This document shows, one piece after another, positions 9,811-19,843 of a DNA stretch of 64,000 bases; the first letter of the stretch is position 1, and each line of letters begins with the position of its first letter. This stretch comes from an uncultured Phycisphaeraceae bacterium (GTDB lineage: Bacteria > Planctomycetota > Phycisphaerae > Phycisphaerales > Phycisphaeraceae). The DNA lies in assembly GCA_964547135.1 (NCBI GenBank), contig CAZJMK010000011.1, forward strand, positions 2,881 to 66,880, read 5' to 3'. A program made the translations under genes and the position numbers. Below the pieces are notes generated by a model, which was not told where the DNA came from, did no database searches, and saw nothing but the letters and a program-made list of their open reading frames with translations.

Positions 9811-10962
9811 CTACCTCCGGGCTATCAACGATTGGTAATGCAACACCCATTGCTGCGCGATCTGGTTCCAGTCGTAGTGAGTCTTCACATACTCACGGCT
9901 CAAAGCTGCTGCCTGGGTTCGTAACGTCGGTGAATCAAGCCAGCGCACGATTTCCTGCGTCAACGTTTCGACACCCAGTGAAAAAACACCTCCGACCCCC
10001 GCCCCGACAATCTCCCGGTAGATGCCGACCTGATCGGAAATCAGCACCGGAACCCCGGCTGCCAGTGCCTCGATGACAACAATGCCGAAGTTCTCGTGCG
10101 CACTGGGCAGCACAAACAGATCCGCATCCGCCAGCGCTTTGATGCGATCATGTCCATAAAGCGGTCCGGTAAAGACGACACGATCAGACACGCCCAACTG
10201 ATCCGCCAGACCGCGATACATCTTTTCATGTTCGGGTCGAGCAGGACCAACCACCGCCAAGCCGGCCTGATGTTGACGCAACTGGACCATTGCCTGAATC
10301 AGCAGGTCCACGCCCTTGCCGGGGAACACACGTCCCAAAAACATCAGCATTGGCCCACCGGCCAATTCGGGATGCCTTGTGCGTAAAAAACCTCTGGGGG
10401 GAAGCGGTTCAAATTCGTTCAGGTCAATTCCGATGGGCACCACCAACGAGCGCGCATTTTTTGTAAAACTTGAAGCGAGTTCGCGTTCCGCTTCGGCTGT
10501 GAAGTGAAAGGCTGCCGCGTGATTGAGGTGCCGTCGCAAACGCAGCGCCAGATAGATTTTTTTACGGAGCCGGCTTTGCCTCAGACTCCAGGGATCGAGC
10601 ATGCCGTGGGGTGAAATGATGTAGGGTTTGTTGAGCTTGCGGGCCAGACTCGCGGCTTGATGTTGAATGTCTTCCCACAAACCATGGATATGAACGACAT
10701 CGCTTGGGGGCAGTTGCAGGTTGAGGACGCGCTTGATGTCAGGGTGATGACGGAGCTTGCCTTTGCAGGGGCCGATGGAATGGACCCTGGCGCCGGTCTT
10801 GCGAAGTTCCTCCAAGGTGGGCGGTGGCGCCTGACCAACCCAGCAGGTGATGACTTCGAGTTCCATCCCGGCAACTATTTGGGCTTTTGCCAATCCGATC
10901 AGTGCGGCAATAGGACCGCCACTGGTTGGACTGACGCCGGAGATAATGTGCGCAACACGCAT
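9811..10962 (-). CDS. family-4 glycosyltransferase
   Basis: MRVAHIIS..SGGP N-terminus and EX7E-type C-terminal GT4 region (FGIVVIEALAAGVPVLIS). Confidence 0.8.
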   Translation of the reverse strand: MRVAHIISGVSPTSGGPIAALIGLAKAQIVAGMELEVITCWVGQAPPPTLEELRKTGARVHSIGPCKGKLRHHPDIKRVLNLQLPPSDVVHIHGLWEDIQHQAASLARKLNKPYIISPHGMLDPWSLRQSRLRKKIYLALRLRRHLNHAAAFHFTAEAERELASSFTKNARSLVVPIGIDLNEFEPLPPRGFLRTRHPELAGGPMLMFLGRVFPGKGVDLLIQAMVQLRQHQAGLAVVGPARPEHEKMYRGLADQLGVSDRVVFTGPLYGHDRIKALADADLFVLPSAHENFGIVVIEALAAGVPVLISDQVGIYREIVGAGVGGVFSLGVETLTQEIVRWLDSPTLRTQAAALSREYVKTHYDWNQIAQQWVLHYQSLIARR

Positions 10963-10989
10963 CAGGCGGACTCATGGTGCGGGAGTGAT

Positions 10990-11395
10990 CAATCATGATA
11001 GCGAGTTGTAGCGACGCACGAATGATTAGAAATCAACCAAGTTAAACGCATTCTCCTTGTACCGTCGATAGCTGCAACTTCGGAAATGGGCCACGATGAC
11101 ACGAAGCAAGAAGTGGCCGAGTGGTCAAGTGGTCAAGTGGTCGAGTGACAGAACCGTGACCGGGCACATCATGTCAACCGACCCAGCCGAGGGCGGCTGG
11201 GCCACAAAGAAAATGCTCAATCGCCCGGCCACTTCTTCAACCGATTGACCGACTCACCGACCCACCGATTACCCACTCCAACCAGACGCGATAAATCGCG
11301 GCGCTAACTCTCGAATACGATTTCATCACTTGACCACTTGACCACTTCTTCAACCGATTGACCGACTCACCGACCAACTGATTAACCACTTCCAT
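10990..11395. repeat. composite intergenic repeat block
   Basis: Holds (gaagtggccgagtgg/tcaagtgg)n, cccagccgagggcggctggg and caaccgattgaccgactcaccgacc (twice), plus cgcgataaatcgcggcgctaac. The same modules recur in about 25 other spacers. Confidence 0.8.
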
Positions 11396-12243
11396 CAGGC
11401 TGATCGTTTATCCCGTTCGATCAGCGCGTAGGCATTGTGATTGTGAATCGATTCGAAGTTTTCGCTGTTGATCAGGTACCAGGCGATGCGTTCTTCCTTG
11501 TCCAGCGACAGCGCCAGGTCGCGCACGATGTCTTCGACGAACTTGGGGTTTTCGTAAGCGCGTTCGGTCACCCACTTTTCATCGGGGCGTTTGAGCACGG
11601 CAAACACCTGCGTGCTGGCCGACTGCTCGATGATGGCAAAAAGGTCTTCGATCCACAGATGCTTGCCGGGGACAAAGCGGACGCGGGCCTCGATTTCACA
11701 GCGCTGGTTGTGGGCGCCGTATTGCGATATTTCCTTGCTGCAGGGGCATAGGCTCGTGGCCGGGGCACGCACGCCCATGACAAAGTCTTCGCTCTCGCCG
11801 CACGAGGCTTCGAAGCGCACGGTGGCGTCGATCATGCCGGGCGTCCCGGTGACGGGGGCCTTTTTGTGAATGAAGTAGGGGAACTCGAGTTCCAGGTGGG
11901 CTTCGTGAGCCTGCAAACGTTTTTTCATATCCCGGCAAATGTCCATCACCTGATCGGCTCGGATCGCGCCGTGATGTTTGTTGAGCACTTCCAGAAACCG
12001 GCTCATGTGCGTGCCCTTCTGGTAATGAGGCAGGCTGACGTACATGTTGACCCGAGCGACGGTGTGCTGCACGCCGCCGGTGGCGGGACAGAACAGGGCG
12101 ATGGGGTAGGTGATGTGTTTGACGCCGACCTTGTCGATGGGCACGTTGCGATGATCGCTGGCGGACTGCACATCGGGCATGGGTGCCTGCGCGGTATTGC
12201 CGGTCGGGTCGGGGCTGACGGATGTTTCACGGTTACGAGGCAT
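11395..12243 (-). CDS. folE2: GTP cyclohydrolase FolE2/MptA family
   Basis: FolE2 hallmarks are present: SLCPCSK and ESIHNHNA motifs at the expected spacing. The true start may be at the internal M. Confidence 0.75.
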   Translation of the reverse strand: MPRNRETSVSPDPTGNTAQAPMPDVQSASDHRNVPIDKVGVKHITYPIALFCPATGGVQHTVARVNMYVSLPHYQKGTHMSRFLEVLNKHHGAIRADQVMDICRDMKKRLQAHEAHLELEFPYFIHKKAPVTGTPGMIDATVRFEASCGESEDFVMGVRAPATSLCPCSKEISQYGAHNQRCEIEARVRFVPGKHLWIEDLFAIIEQSASTQVFAVLKRPDEKWVTERAYENPKFVEDIVRDLALSLDKEERIAWYLINSENFESIHNHNAYALIERDKRSA

Positions 12244-12425
12244 GGACCTGTCCTTGGGGGGAAACCTGTAATGTTATGAGTTGTCGTGAGGCAAGGCAAA
12301 AAGGTGCAAGGGCGGGTGGGGTAGGGTGTAGGCAATTTCGAATTTCGAATTTCGAATTTTGTGCTAACGATGATAATTGCATCGCCCACGCCTGAACTTC
12401 ACGTCTGCGTGAAGTTCAGGATGGT

Positions 12426-13244
12426 TTGACAAACATCAATCATCATCAAGCACAGGCACTTGGCAAAACGTCGGTCACCCGCGACACTGTGTACGTGATG
12501 ACCCCCTGTAAACACCATGTGCCCGCATTGCCCCGCTTTCTGGTGACCGCAGGCAACACCCGTGAACGCATCGATCAGGTGCGGGATTGGGGCAATATTT
12601 TCACCGGCAACACCGGTTTCGACATCGCCTGCGCCTTGGCGCAGCACGGGCCTGTCGATCTTTTCACCAGCAATCAGCAACACCTGGCGCGCTTACGTGC
12701 CGTACAAACCACCCCGCATCCGATCACCGGTTTTAGCTTCACCACCCACGCCCATTTACGGGCGTTGTTGGAAGCACAAATGCTCGCCGAGCAATATCAC
12801 GCTGTGTTCATGAGTGCTGCGGTGAGCGACTACCAACCCGCAGGGGTGTACGAAGTGATCGACCGTCAGCCCGGCTCAGACGACGGCACCGAAACCTGGC
12901 GGGTGCGCCATGTGCAGGCGGGCAAGGTGAAAAGTTTTTACCAGCGGATTGCGATCATGGGTGAGCCGACGGAAAAACTGGTGGACCTGTTTCGCACGCA
13001 ATGGGGATTTCGCGGCCTATTGTTCAAGTTCAAATTGGAAGTCGGCCTGACGGATGAACAGTTGCTGGAAGTGGCACGAAAAAGTCGCGTGTCCAGCGGG
13101 GCGGATTACCTGATCGCCAACACCTTGGCGATGGTGCAGGGCGATCAGCCCGGTGCTTATATCGTGAGTGAAACGGGAGCAGAGCGCGTGGCACGTCATG
13201 CCCTGGCGGGCAGGTTGGCACAATTGGCGATGGCGGCGGGTTGA
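12426..13244 (+). CDS. phosphopantothenate-cysteine ligase (CoaB / DFP C-terminal domain)-like protein
   Basis: FLVTAGNTRERIDQVRDWGNIFTGNTG resembles the CoaB nucleotide-binding motif (TaGxTxExIDxVRxIxNxSSG). Confidence 0.5.
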   Translation: MTNINHHQAQALGKTSVTRDTVYVMTPCKHHVPALPRFLVTAGNTRERIDQVRDWGNIFTGNTGFDIACALAQHGPVDLFTSNQQHLARLRAVQTTPHPITGFSFTTHAHLRALLEAQMLAEQYHAVFMSAAVSDYQPAGVYEVIDRQPGSDDGTETWRVRHVQAGKVKSFYQRIAIMGEPTEKLVDLFRTQWGFRGLLFKFKLEVGLTDEQLLEVARKSRVSSGADYLIANTLAMVQGDQPGAYIVSETGAERVARHALAGRLAQLAMAAG

Positions 13245-13318
13245 GTATGTTTGGAAATAGGGGTGGGGGCCGGTAACATGCGCAGGCTCGAGCAAACCAC
13301 CGGAGCAAGGAGTTAGAG

Positions 13319-14320
13319 TTGTCCAAGCGCACGCTGATTCGTGACATGCTGCCCAATCAATGGGTGTCGGGCATTTTCGCCATCCAGAATTGTCAACTGG
13401 GCACGACCAAGACGGGCAAGCCCTACATCAAGTGCATCATCGGTGATCGCACGAAAAAAGTGCCGGGGCGGATGTGGAACGCCAGCGAGGAGTTGTTTGC
13501 GAGTCTGCCGACGGACGGTTTTGTGCAGATTGAAGGGCAGACTCAGCCGTACCAGGGCGAAATGCAGATCATCATTCAGCAGATCGAATCCGCCAAGCCG
13601 TCGGGGGAGGATTTGCTGGAGCTTTTGCCGCGCACGGAAAACGACATACCGACGATGCTCGTGGAGGTGGTGCGCATCGTCACCACGGTGCAGGACCCGG
13701 CTTTGCGTGCCCTGGTGCAGGCATATCTGGACGACAACGCCTTGATGGGTCAATTTCGTCAGGCCCCGGCTGCGATGAACCTGCATCATGCCTACATCGG
13801 CGGACTGCTCGAACACACCCTGAGCTTGCTTCGTCTGGGTGAAGCGTATTGCAAGCTCACCCCGGCCTTGAACCGCGATGTGGTGTTGGTCGGGCTGTTC
13901 ATTCACGACCTGGGCAAGTGCAGCGAACTGACCTGGACCACTGGTTTTAATTACAGCGACCGCGGACAACTCATCGGGCACATCGGCGAAGGGTTGCTCT
14001 GGTTGCAACAGAAAGCCCAGCAGTGTGAAAACAAGGGCACGAAAATACCGACGACTTTGCTGACGGTATTGCAGCACATTATTTTGTCGCACCATGGCAA
14101 GCCGGAGTTCGGGGCTTTGAAAATACCGGCCACGCCCGAAGCGATAGCCGTGAGCCTGCTGGATAATTTGGACGCGAAAATGCAGATGGCCATATCAGCA
14201 GCCAATCGCGGCGAAGGCGGCATGAATCAGCCCACGGACCTGCACGGCAACTTCACCGAAAAGGTTTGGGCATTGGACACGCGGGTGTATCGCCCCGACC
14301 CGACGACGGTGGACGATTAA
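13319..14320 (+). CDS. yhaM: 3'-5' exoribonuclease YhaM-like (OB-fold + HD domain)
   Basis: Collinear similarity to B. subtilis YhaM (LFIHDLGK, IGHIGEG, LSHHGKPEFG, DNLDAKM). TTG start with an AGGAG Shine-Dalgarno 8 nt upstream. Confidence 0.75.
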   Translation: MSKRTLIRDMLPNQWVSGIFAIQNCQLGTTKTGKPYIKCIIGDRTKKVPGRMWNASEELFASLPTDGFVQIEGQTQPYQGEMQIIIQQIESAKPSGEDLLELLPRTENDIPTMLVEVVRIVTTVQDPALRALVQAYLDDNALMGQFRQAPAAMNLHHAYIGGLLEHTLSLLRLGEAYCKLTPALNRDVVLVGLFIHDLGKCSELTWTTGFNYSDRGQLIGHIGEGLLWLQQKAQQCENKGTKIPTTLLTVLQHIILSHHGKPEFGALKIPATPEAIAVSLLDNLDAKMQMAISAANRGEGGMNQPTDLHGNFTEKVWALDTRVYRPDPTTVDD

Positions 14321-14550
14321 GGGAAGCGGCCAAGTGAATTGTATTGGGTTAGCGCCGCGATTTATAGCGTCTGACATTGTAGCCCAGCCCCGGGGGCGCC
14401 CTCGGCACAGGGCAGTTGACGCCGTACCCTTCAGGGCCGGATGGTTTGGTTTGTCATGCAGGAAAACCATCCGGGGCTGAAGCCCTCGGCGTCATGGGTT
14501 GATTCAAACCATCATCACAATCACGCAATCAAGCATTCGCAACAACCGCA

Positions 14551-15228
14551 TCAACCCCGGCGACGCCAGGCCATCAAGCCGGCACCGACGGTCAGCAGCG
14601 CCAAGCTGGCCGGTTCGGGAATGGTGACGATCACGTTGTCGAATTTCTGTGGCCCGTTGAAATCGTACAAGCCGACCTTGCCGGAGGCGTAGGTGTTGCT
14701 CACCAGAGTCGTGTTGGTGATGAAGTTGAGGTTGCTTAACTGATACAGGTCCGCACTGTAGGTATTGCCGGTGATTTGCAGAACGATGCGCAGGTCGGTA
14801 CCGGGCGCTACGGGCAACGATTCCTGTGCATACGAAACAAAGTTAGTCCCGCCGACCGTGACATGCCAGTAAACAAAGCCGGAGTTGGGGTTGACCACCA
14901 GCAACACGCCTTCCATGTTGCCGTTGGGGGCCAAACCCTGGCCATGGACGATGATGCCGCCGTCCCTGGCACCCAGCATGTCCACCTGTACGGTGGCCTC
15001 GGTGATGGTCAGGTCTTTGATGGTGGTGATCGCCAACGGGTTGTTGTTGGGGCTGACGGCGTTGTATGCCCCGCCATCGACCACAAAGGCGTATTCGTTG
15101 TTCCAGTCCGGGTCGGGCTGACCTTCCGTGCCATCGAATACATCGCTGAAATCAGCCGCGCCGACCGTGGCCGAAACGCCCAGCACCGCCAACGCACCCG
15201 CCCATCGACTCCACTTGCAAATGCCCAT
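14551..15228 (-). CDS. PEP-CTERM-anchored secreted protein
   Basis: C-terminal PEPASLALLTVGAGLMAWRRRG is a textbook PEP-CTERM sorting signal. Signal peptide starts at MGICKWSRWAGALAVLGVSA. Confidence 0.8.
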   Translation of the reverse strand: MGICKWSRWAGALAVLGVSATVGAADFSDVFDGTEGQPDPDWNNEYAFVVDGGAYNAVSPNNNPLAITTIKDLTITEATVQVDMLGARDGGIIVHGQGLAPNGNMEGVLLVVNPNSGFVYWHVTVGGTNFVSYAQESLPVAPGTDLRIVLQITGNTYSADLYQLSNLNFITNTTLVSNTYASGKVGLYDFNGPQKFDNVIVTIPEPASLALLTVGAGLMAWRRRG

Positions 15229-15592
15229 CGCCTCCGCCTCCCTGTTACACATCACAAAACAACACACTCACCCCTCAGGTGTATGTCACCCAAGGGCACG
15301 ACCAACACACTCCCCCGCCCAGACAATCCAACATACCCGCGTATTTCTGCAAAGTCCATATTAAAAAAGAACAATCAGTATTTTTTGGGAGGGTCATTTT
15401 CGAACCCGTGGTTCAATCCGTTGGCGACACCCAAGTGATTGACGCCGTACCCTTGAGGGCCGGATTATTTGCAGGTGAAATCCGGGGCGAAAGCCCTTGG
15501 CGTCATGGGTTGATTCAAACCAGCCTCACAATTAACCAATCCCCAGATTACCCAATCGCCAGATCACCAAATCACTGATTACAATCCCTTTC

Positions 15593-16660
15593 ATGACCGA
15601 GCGTTTGTCACCCCGTCCCATCCTCATCCTCGGGCCGACAGCCGGGGGTAAAAGCGACTTTGCCGTCCAACTCGCGCAAAGCCTGCAAAAGCTCGGCGAA
15701 CCTTTGCCGCACATTCTCGGTGCCGACTCGATGCAGGTGTATCGCCACATGGAAGCCGGCACCGCCAAGCCTTCACCGGCCCTGCGCGCCCAAGTGCCGC
15801 ACCATTTGATCGACCTTTGCCAACCCACCGACCGCTTCACCGTCCACGATTGGCTGACCCAGGCTGAAAAACAACTCACGCAACTGGCTGAGCAACGCAC
15901 CCGGGCCATCATCGTCGGCGGAACCAACCTTTACATCAAAGCCTTCCTCGAAGGTCTGTTCACCCGTGAAGCTGACAACGATCATGCTGGCTCATCCGCC
16001 TCCGCCGGGTTCGACCCTGCATTGCGTGCCCAGCTTGAACAGCTCGACAACCAGTCGATGCACGACCGACTGGCAGCGGTGGACGCTGAATCCGCCCAAC
16101 GCATTCATCGCAATGATCGCAAACGCATGATTCGCGCCCTGGAGGTTTTCACCCTCACCGGCTCACCCATCAGCAGCCGACAAACCCAGTGGGACCAGCA
16201 TTATCAAGCCTACAAAAACCCGGATGCGATGGTGAACCAGGCAGACGAAAAACCGGGGGTGCGTTATCGGCATGACCCCATCCTCATCGGGCTGCACTGG
16301 CCGACGGAGCTGATCAACCGTCGCATCAACGCACGGGTGAAGGAAATGTTTTACCCCCAGCAGTTCGGGCGCAGTGATGAATCATTGCCTGCGGAAACGA
16401 TGCGCCTCGAACAAGCCGGGGTGCTCGGACCACAGGCACGACTGGCCTTGGGTTACAAACAGGTGCTCGAACATTTGGCGGGACGATGCTCACTCGATGA
16501 TGCGTTTGAGCAAACCAAAATTCAAACCCGCCGATTTGCCCGCCAGCAGCGTACCTGGCTCAAACGGTATCAGGGCGTGCATTGGCTGCCTGCGGGTGAA
16601 ACCGAGTTGAGTCAGTGGGTGGAACGCAGTGTGAAAATCATTGCCAACCACAACAACTGA
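15593..16660 (+). CDS. miaA: tRNA dimethylallyltransferase
   Basis: P-loop ILILGPTAGGKSDFAV and MiaA core (IIVGGTNLYIKAF). Confidence 0.9.
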   Translation: MTERLSPRPILILGPTAGGKSDFAVQLAQSLQKLGEPLPHILGADSMQVYRHMEAGTAKPSPALRAQVPHHLIDLCQPTDRFTVHDWLTQAEKQLTQLAEQRTRAIIVGGTNLYIKAFLEGLFTREADNDHAGSSASAGFDPALRAQLEQLDNQSMHDRLAAVDAESAQRIHRNDRKRMIRALEVFTLTGSPISSRQTQWDQHYQAYKNPDAMVNQADEKPGVRYRHDPILIGLHWPTELINRRINARVKEMFYPQQFGRSDESLPAETMRLEQAGVLGPQARLALGYKQVLEHLAGRCSLDDAFEQTKIQTRRFARQQRTWLKRYQGVHWLPAGETELSQWVERSVKIIANHNN

Positions 16661-16722
16661 CGGAGCGTGCCGCAGGGGCGTGGGCAGCCTGCCATGGGTG
16701 AAAATAAAAGAGGTCAGAAGCA

Positions 16723-16770
16723 CTGTGGCAAGGCTTCTGACCTCGGGGTTTTTTCAACTGGGTTTTGCGA
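16723..16770 (+). terminator. rho-independent terminator after miaA
   Basis: ggtcagaagc..gcttctgacc stem followed by cggggtttttt. Confidence 0.55.
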
Positions 16771-16818
16771 TGATCCGGGGCTAAAGCAATTTGCGTTAAT
16801 TATTGGAATGCTTGAATC

Positions 16819-17057
16819 CCCTCTCCCTCCGGGAGAGGGTGGCCGAGTCCGCGAGGCCGGGTGAGGGCGTGTCTTGGAAATATCTGGCAAACGAAAGTAT
16901 GAGTATCACAGACGCCCTCACCCTAACCCTCTCCCTCCGGGAGAGGGTGGCCGAGTCCGCGAGGCCGGGTGAGGGCGTGTCTTGGAAATATCTGGCAAAC
17001 GAAAGTATGAGTATCACAGACGCCCTCACCCTAACCCTCTCCCGGAGGGAGAGGGGA
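16819..17057. repeat. tandem direct repeat, 2.2 copies of a ~109-bp structured unit
   Basis: Units start at 16819, 16928 and 17036. Each contains the palindrome CCTCTCCCTCCGGGAGAGGG nested in CGCCCTCACCC..GGGTGAGGGCG. A related single unit lies at 32125-32200. Confidence 0.9.
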
Positions 17058-17129
17058 CTGAACAAGGCATGTCGCTCTCCAAGGAATTTCGCGAATTGCT
17101 CTCAAGCCCTCGGCGTCATGACTGATCAC

Positions 17130-19316
17130 TTACTTGATGAACAACATTTCGCTGTACTTGGGCAGCGGCCAAATGTCATCAGCGATGATGTTTTCCAAGG
17201 CATCGGAAGCCTTGCGCACGCTCAGCATCGCGGGCACCACTTCATCACGGAAGTGCTTGGCGTGATGCAGCACATCACCTTCGCTCTTGTGTGCCACCGC
17301 ATGTTCGAGTTTGTCGATGGCTGACTCCAGTGAACCCACCAGGTCGGTGATTTTGTCCAGGCTGGTGGTGTCCACCTTTTTGCCCGCGTTTTTCATGGCC
17401 GAGGCGGTGTGCGCCAATTCACCCTGATACCGATACGCAGCCGGCAGCACATGTTCACGGGCGACTTCCAAGGCCACCAGGCTCTCGGTGTTCACATCCT
17501 TGCAGTAACGTTCCAGGTAGATTTCATAGCGCGAGTGCGTTTCCCTGGGCGACAGCACGTTGTATTTGTCGAAGAGGCTCAGGTGTTCCTTGTTGGGCAG
17601 TTCCGCCAGGGCATCGACGGTGTTACGCAGGTTGGGCAGACCGCGCTTCTCGGCTTCCTTGTGCCAGGCTTCCGAGTACCCATCGCCATTGAAAATGATG
17701 GCCTTGTGTTCCTTGTAGATTTCACCAATGATGTCCTGCGCCGCAGCAGGCAGCTTCTTCAAGTCACCCTTGATGCGTTTTTCAATCTCCGCGGTGACGA
17801 AATCCAGCGACTCCGCCACGATGGTGTTGAGCACCACCAAAGGCCCGGCAATCGATTGGCTCGAACCCACGGCTCGGAACTCGAACTTGTTGCCGGTGAA
17901 GGCAAACGGGCTGGTGCGGTTACGATCGCCATAGTCCTTGGGCAACGGCGGCAGGGTATCCACGCCGACGGTCAGATGGCCCTGACCCTTGGGGCCTTTG
18001 ATTTTGCCCTTGGCGATGGATTCGAAAATATCGGTGAGCATGTCACCAAGGAAGATGCTGATGATGGCCGGGGGCGCTTCATTGGCACCCAGACGATGAT
18101 CGTTACCACTGTGAGCCACGCCGACGCGCAGCAACTTGCTCCACTTATGCACCGCCCGAATCACCGCCACGCAGAAGAGCAGGAACTGCATGTTTTCGTG
18201 GGGGGTTTCGCCGGGTTCCAAAAGGTTGCCGACCTTGGCGCCGCCCAGCGACCAGTTGAGGTGCTTGCCGCTGCCGTTGATCCCGGCAAAGGGTTTTTCG
18301 TGCAGCAGACATTCCATCCCGTATTTCTGAGCGATGCGCTTGAGCGTGGTCATCACCAGTTGCTGATGGTCGGCTGCGAGGTTGGCGTTTTCATAAACCG
18401 GGGCGATCTCGTACTGACTGGGCGCCACTTCATTGTGACGGGTTTTCACCGGCACGCCGAGTTTGTAAAGCTCACGTTCACTTTCGAGCATGAACGCCAG
18501 CACGCGATCAGGGATCACGCCGAAGTACTGGTCTTCAAATTCCTGGCCCTTGGGCGGCTTGGCACCAAAAAGCGTACGACCGGTGAGCAACAGGTCCGGT
18601 CGGCTGTAGTAGAAGTTACGATCAATGAGGAAGTATTCCTGCTCCGGCCCGGCGGTGGCGAAAATAAAACCCGGATTGTCATTGCCCAGGGCATTGAGCA
18701 GGCGCGTGGCTGCCTTGGAAAGCGCCTGCATCGAACGCAGCACCGGGGTTTTTTTGTCGAGGGCTTCACCGGTCCAGGAAACGAAAGCGGTGGGAATGAC
18801 CAGCACCGTACCGTTGGGGTTTTCCAGAATGTAGGCAGGGCTGGTCACGTCCCAGGCGGTGTAGCCGCGCGCTTCGAAGGTGGCGCGGATGCCGCCGGAG
18901 GGGAAGGAGGAGGCATCGGGTTCGCCTTGAATCAACTGCTTGCCGGTGAACTCGGCCAGGGCGCCGCCCTTGTAATCGGGGCTGAGGAAGCTGTCGTGCT
19001 TTTCCGCGGTGATGCCGGTGAGCGGGTAGAAGACGTGTGCGTAGTGCGTGGCCCCTTTTTCAATGGCCCAGTCACGCATGGCTGTGGCCACGGCATCGGC
19101 GACCGAAGCGTCCAGCTTGGCGCCTTCGTCGATGGTTTTCTTCAGGGCTTTGTACACAGCCTTGGGCAGACGCTCCTGCATGACCGATTCGCTGAAGACG
19201 TTGGCGCCGAAGATGTCCTTGGCGGGCGTCTGCGCGAAGTTCAAGCGGGATTCCAGCGGCTTGTACGAATTGATGGCAGCGATGGCGGCGTAACGAGCAT
19301 TCTGATTGGCGGCCAT
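17130..19316 (-). CDS. glnN: type III glutamine synthetase
   Basis: 728 aa. The N-terminal block is collinear with GSIII ([46 protein letters not shown]). Confidence 0.85.
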   Translation of the reverse strand: MAANQNARYAAIAAINSYKPLESRLNFAQTPAKDIFGANVFSESVMQERLPKAVYKALKKTIDEGAKLDASVADAVATAMRDWAIEKGATHYAHVFYPLTGITAEKHDSFLSPDYKGGALAEFTGKQLIQGEPDASSFPSGGIRATFEARGYTAWDVTSPAYILENPNGTVLVIPTAFVSWTGEALDKKTPVLRSMQALSKAATRLLNALGNDNPGFIFATAGPEQEYFLIDRNFYYSRPDLLLTGRTLFGAKPPKGQEFEDQYFGVIPDRVLAFMLESERELYKLGVPVKTRHNEVAPSQYEIAPVYENANLAADHQQLVMTTLKRIAQKYGMECLLHEKPFAGINGSGKHLNWSLGGAKVGNLLEPGETPHENMQFLLFCVAVIRAVHKWSKLLRVGVAHSGNDHRLGANEAPPAIISIFLGDMLTDIFESIAKGKIKGPKGQGHLTVGVDTLPPLPKDYGDRNRTSPFAFTGNKFEFRAVGSSQSIAGPLVVLNTIVAESLDFVTAEIEKRIKGDLKKLPAAAQDIIGEIYKEHKAIIFNGDGYSEAWHKEAEKRGLPNLRNTVDALAELPNKEHLSLFDKYNVLSPRETHSRYEIYLERYCKDVNTESLVALEVAREHVLPAAYRYQGELAHTASAMKNAGKKVDTTSLDKITDLVGSLESAIDKLEHAVAHKSEGDVLHHAKHFRDEVVPAMLSVRKASDALENIIADDIWPLPKYSEMLFIK

Positions 19317-19843
19317 GAGAACTTAACTCCTTCCAGTGAGACGGTGTTGAGGGTGTAAAAAATTGAGGCGCACGGATGGACGATGCACACTTTGCAAGGT
19401 CCGTGCCCAAGTGATGCGATTGTTTTGGAGCCCCTTGTAAACCCGGTGATTCGCAGATTGTAGGTGCTGCAACGCCTGCGTCCAGTAACAATTTAATAGG
19501 ACCCCCAAATGCCTATTTAATGCGCGCCGACAAAAGACCCAGGCTTGGTTTGCCTAGTTGTTGATCGGTGGGTGTAACAAGCCCATCGGCTGTGAATGGT
19601 GTGACGGGTCGGAATGGGTCTAACTTCAGGGGTAGGGATGCAAATATCAGGCCGAGGGCGTGGCGGTGATAGAAGTGGCCGAGTGACGGAACCGTATGCG
19701 AATGTTAGCGCCGCGATTTATCGCGTCGATGGTTGCCAGGCAAGCGCGGTGATGACAAATCGGTATCGGGTCGGTTATGATACTTTCGCATCAACATCAC
19801 CCATCATCAGGTACTCACCACCAACTTCACGAAGGAGATCGTC

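Noticed and set aside
14480-14500. tRNA-like T-arm motif GGTTGATTCAAACC
   Set aside because: Perfect palindrome that recurs at 15500-15515 as part of an intergenic repeat tail. No acceptor/anticodon arms.
16819-17057. Possible CRISPR array
   Set aside because: Direct repeats are 109 bp and abut each other with no spacers. No cas genes. It is a tandem duplication, not a CRISPR.
16796-17324. Overlapping 89-aa minus-strand and 173-aa plus-strand ORFs
   Set aside because: Generated by the 109-bp tandem repeat. Their peptide sequences are internally duplicated copies of the repeat translation.
17409-19358. 649-aa plus-strand ORF
   Set aside because: Lies entirely antisense to the well-supported type III glutamine synthetase. 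Gly/Arg/Val-rich composition typical of high-GC antisense frames.
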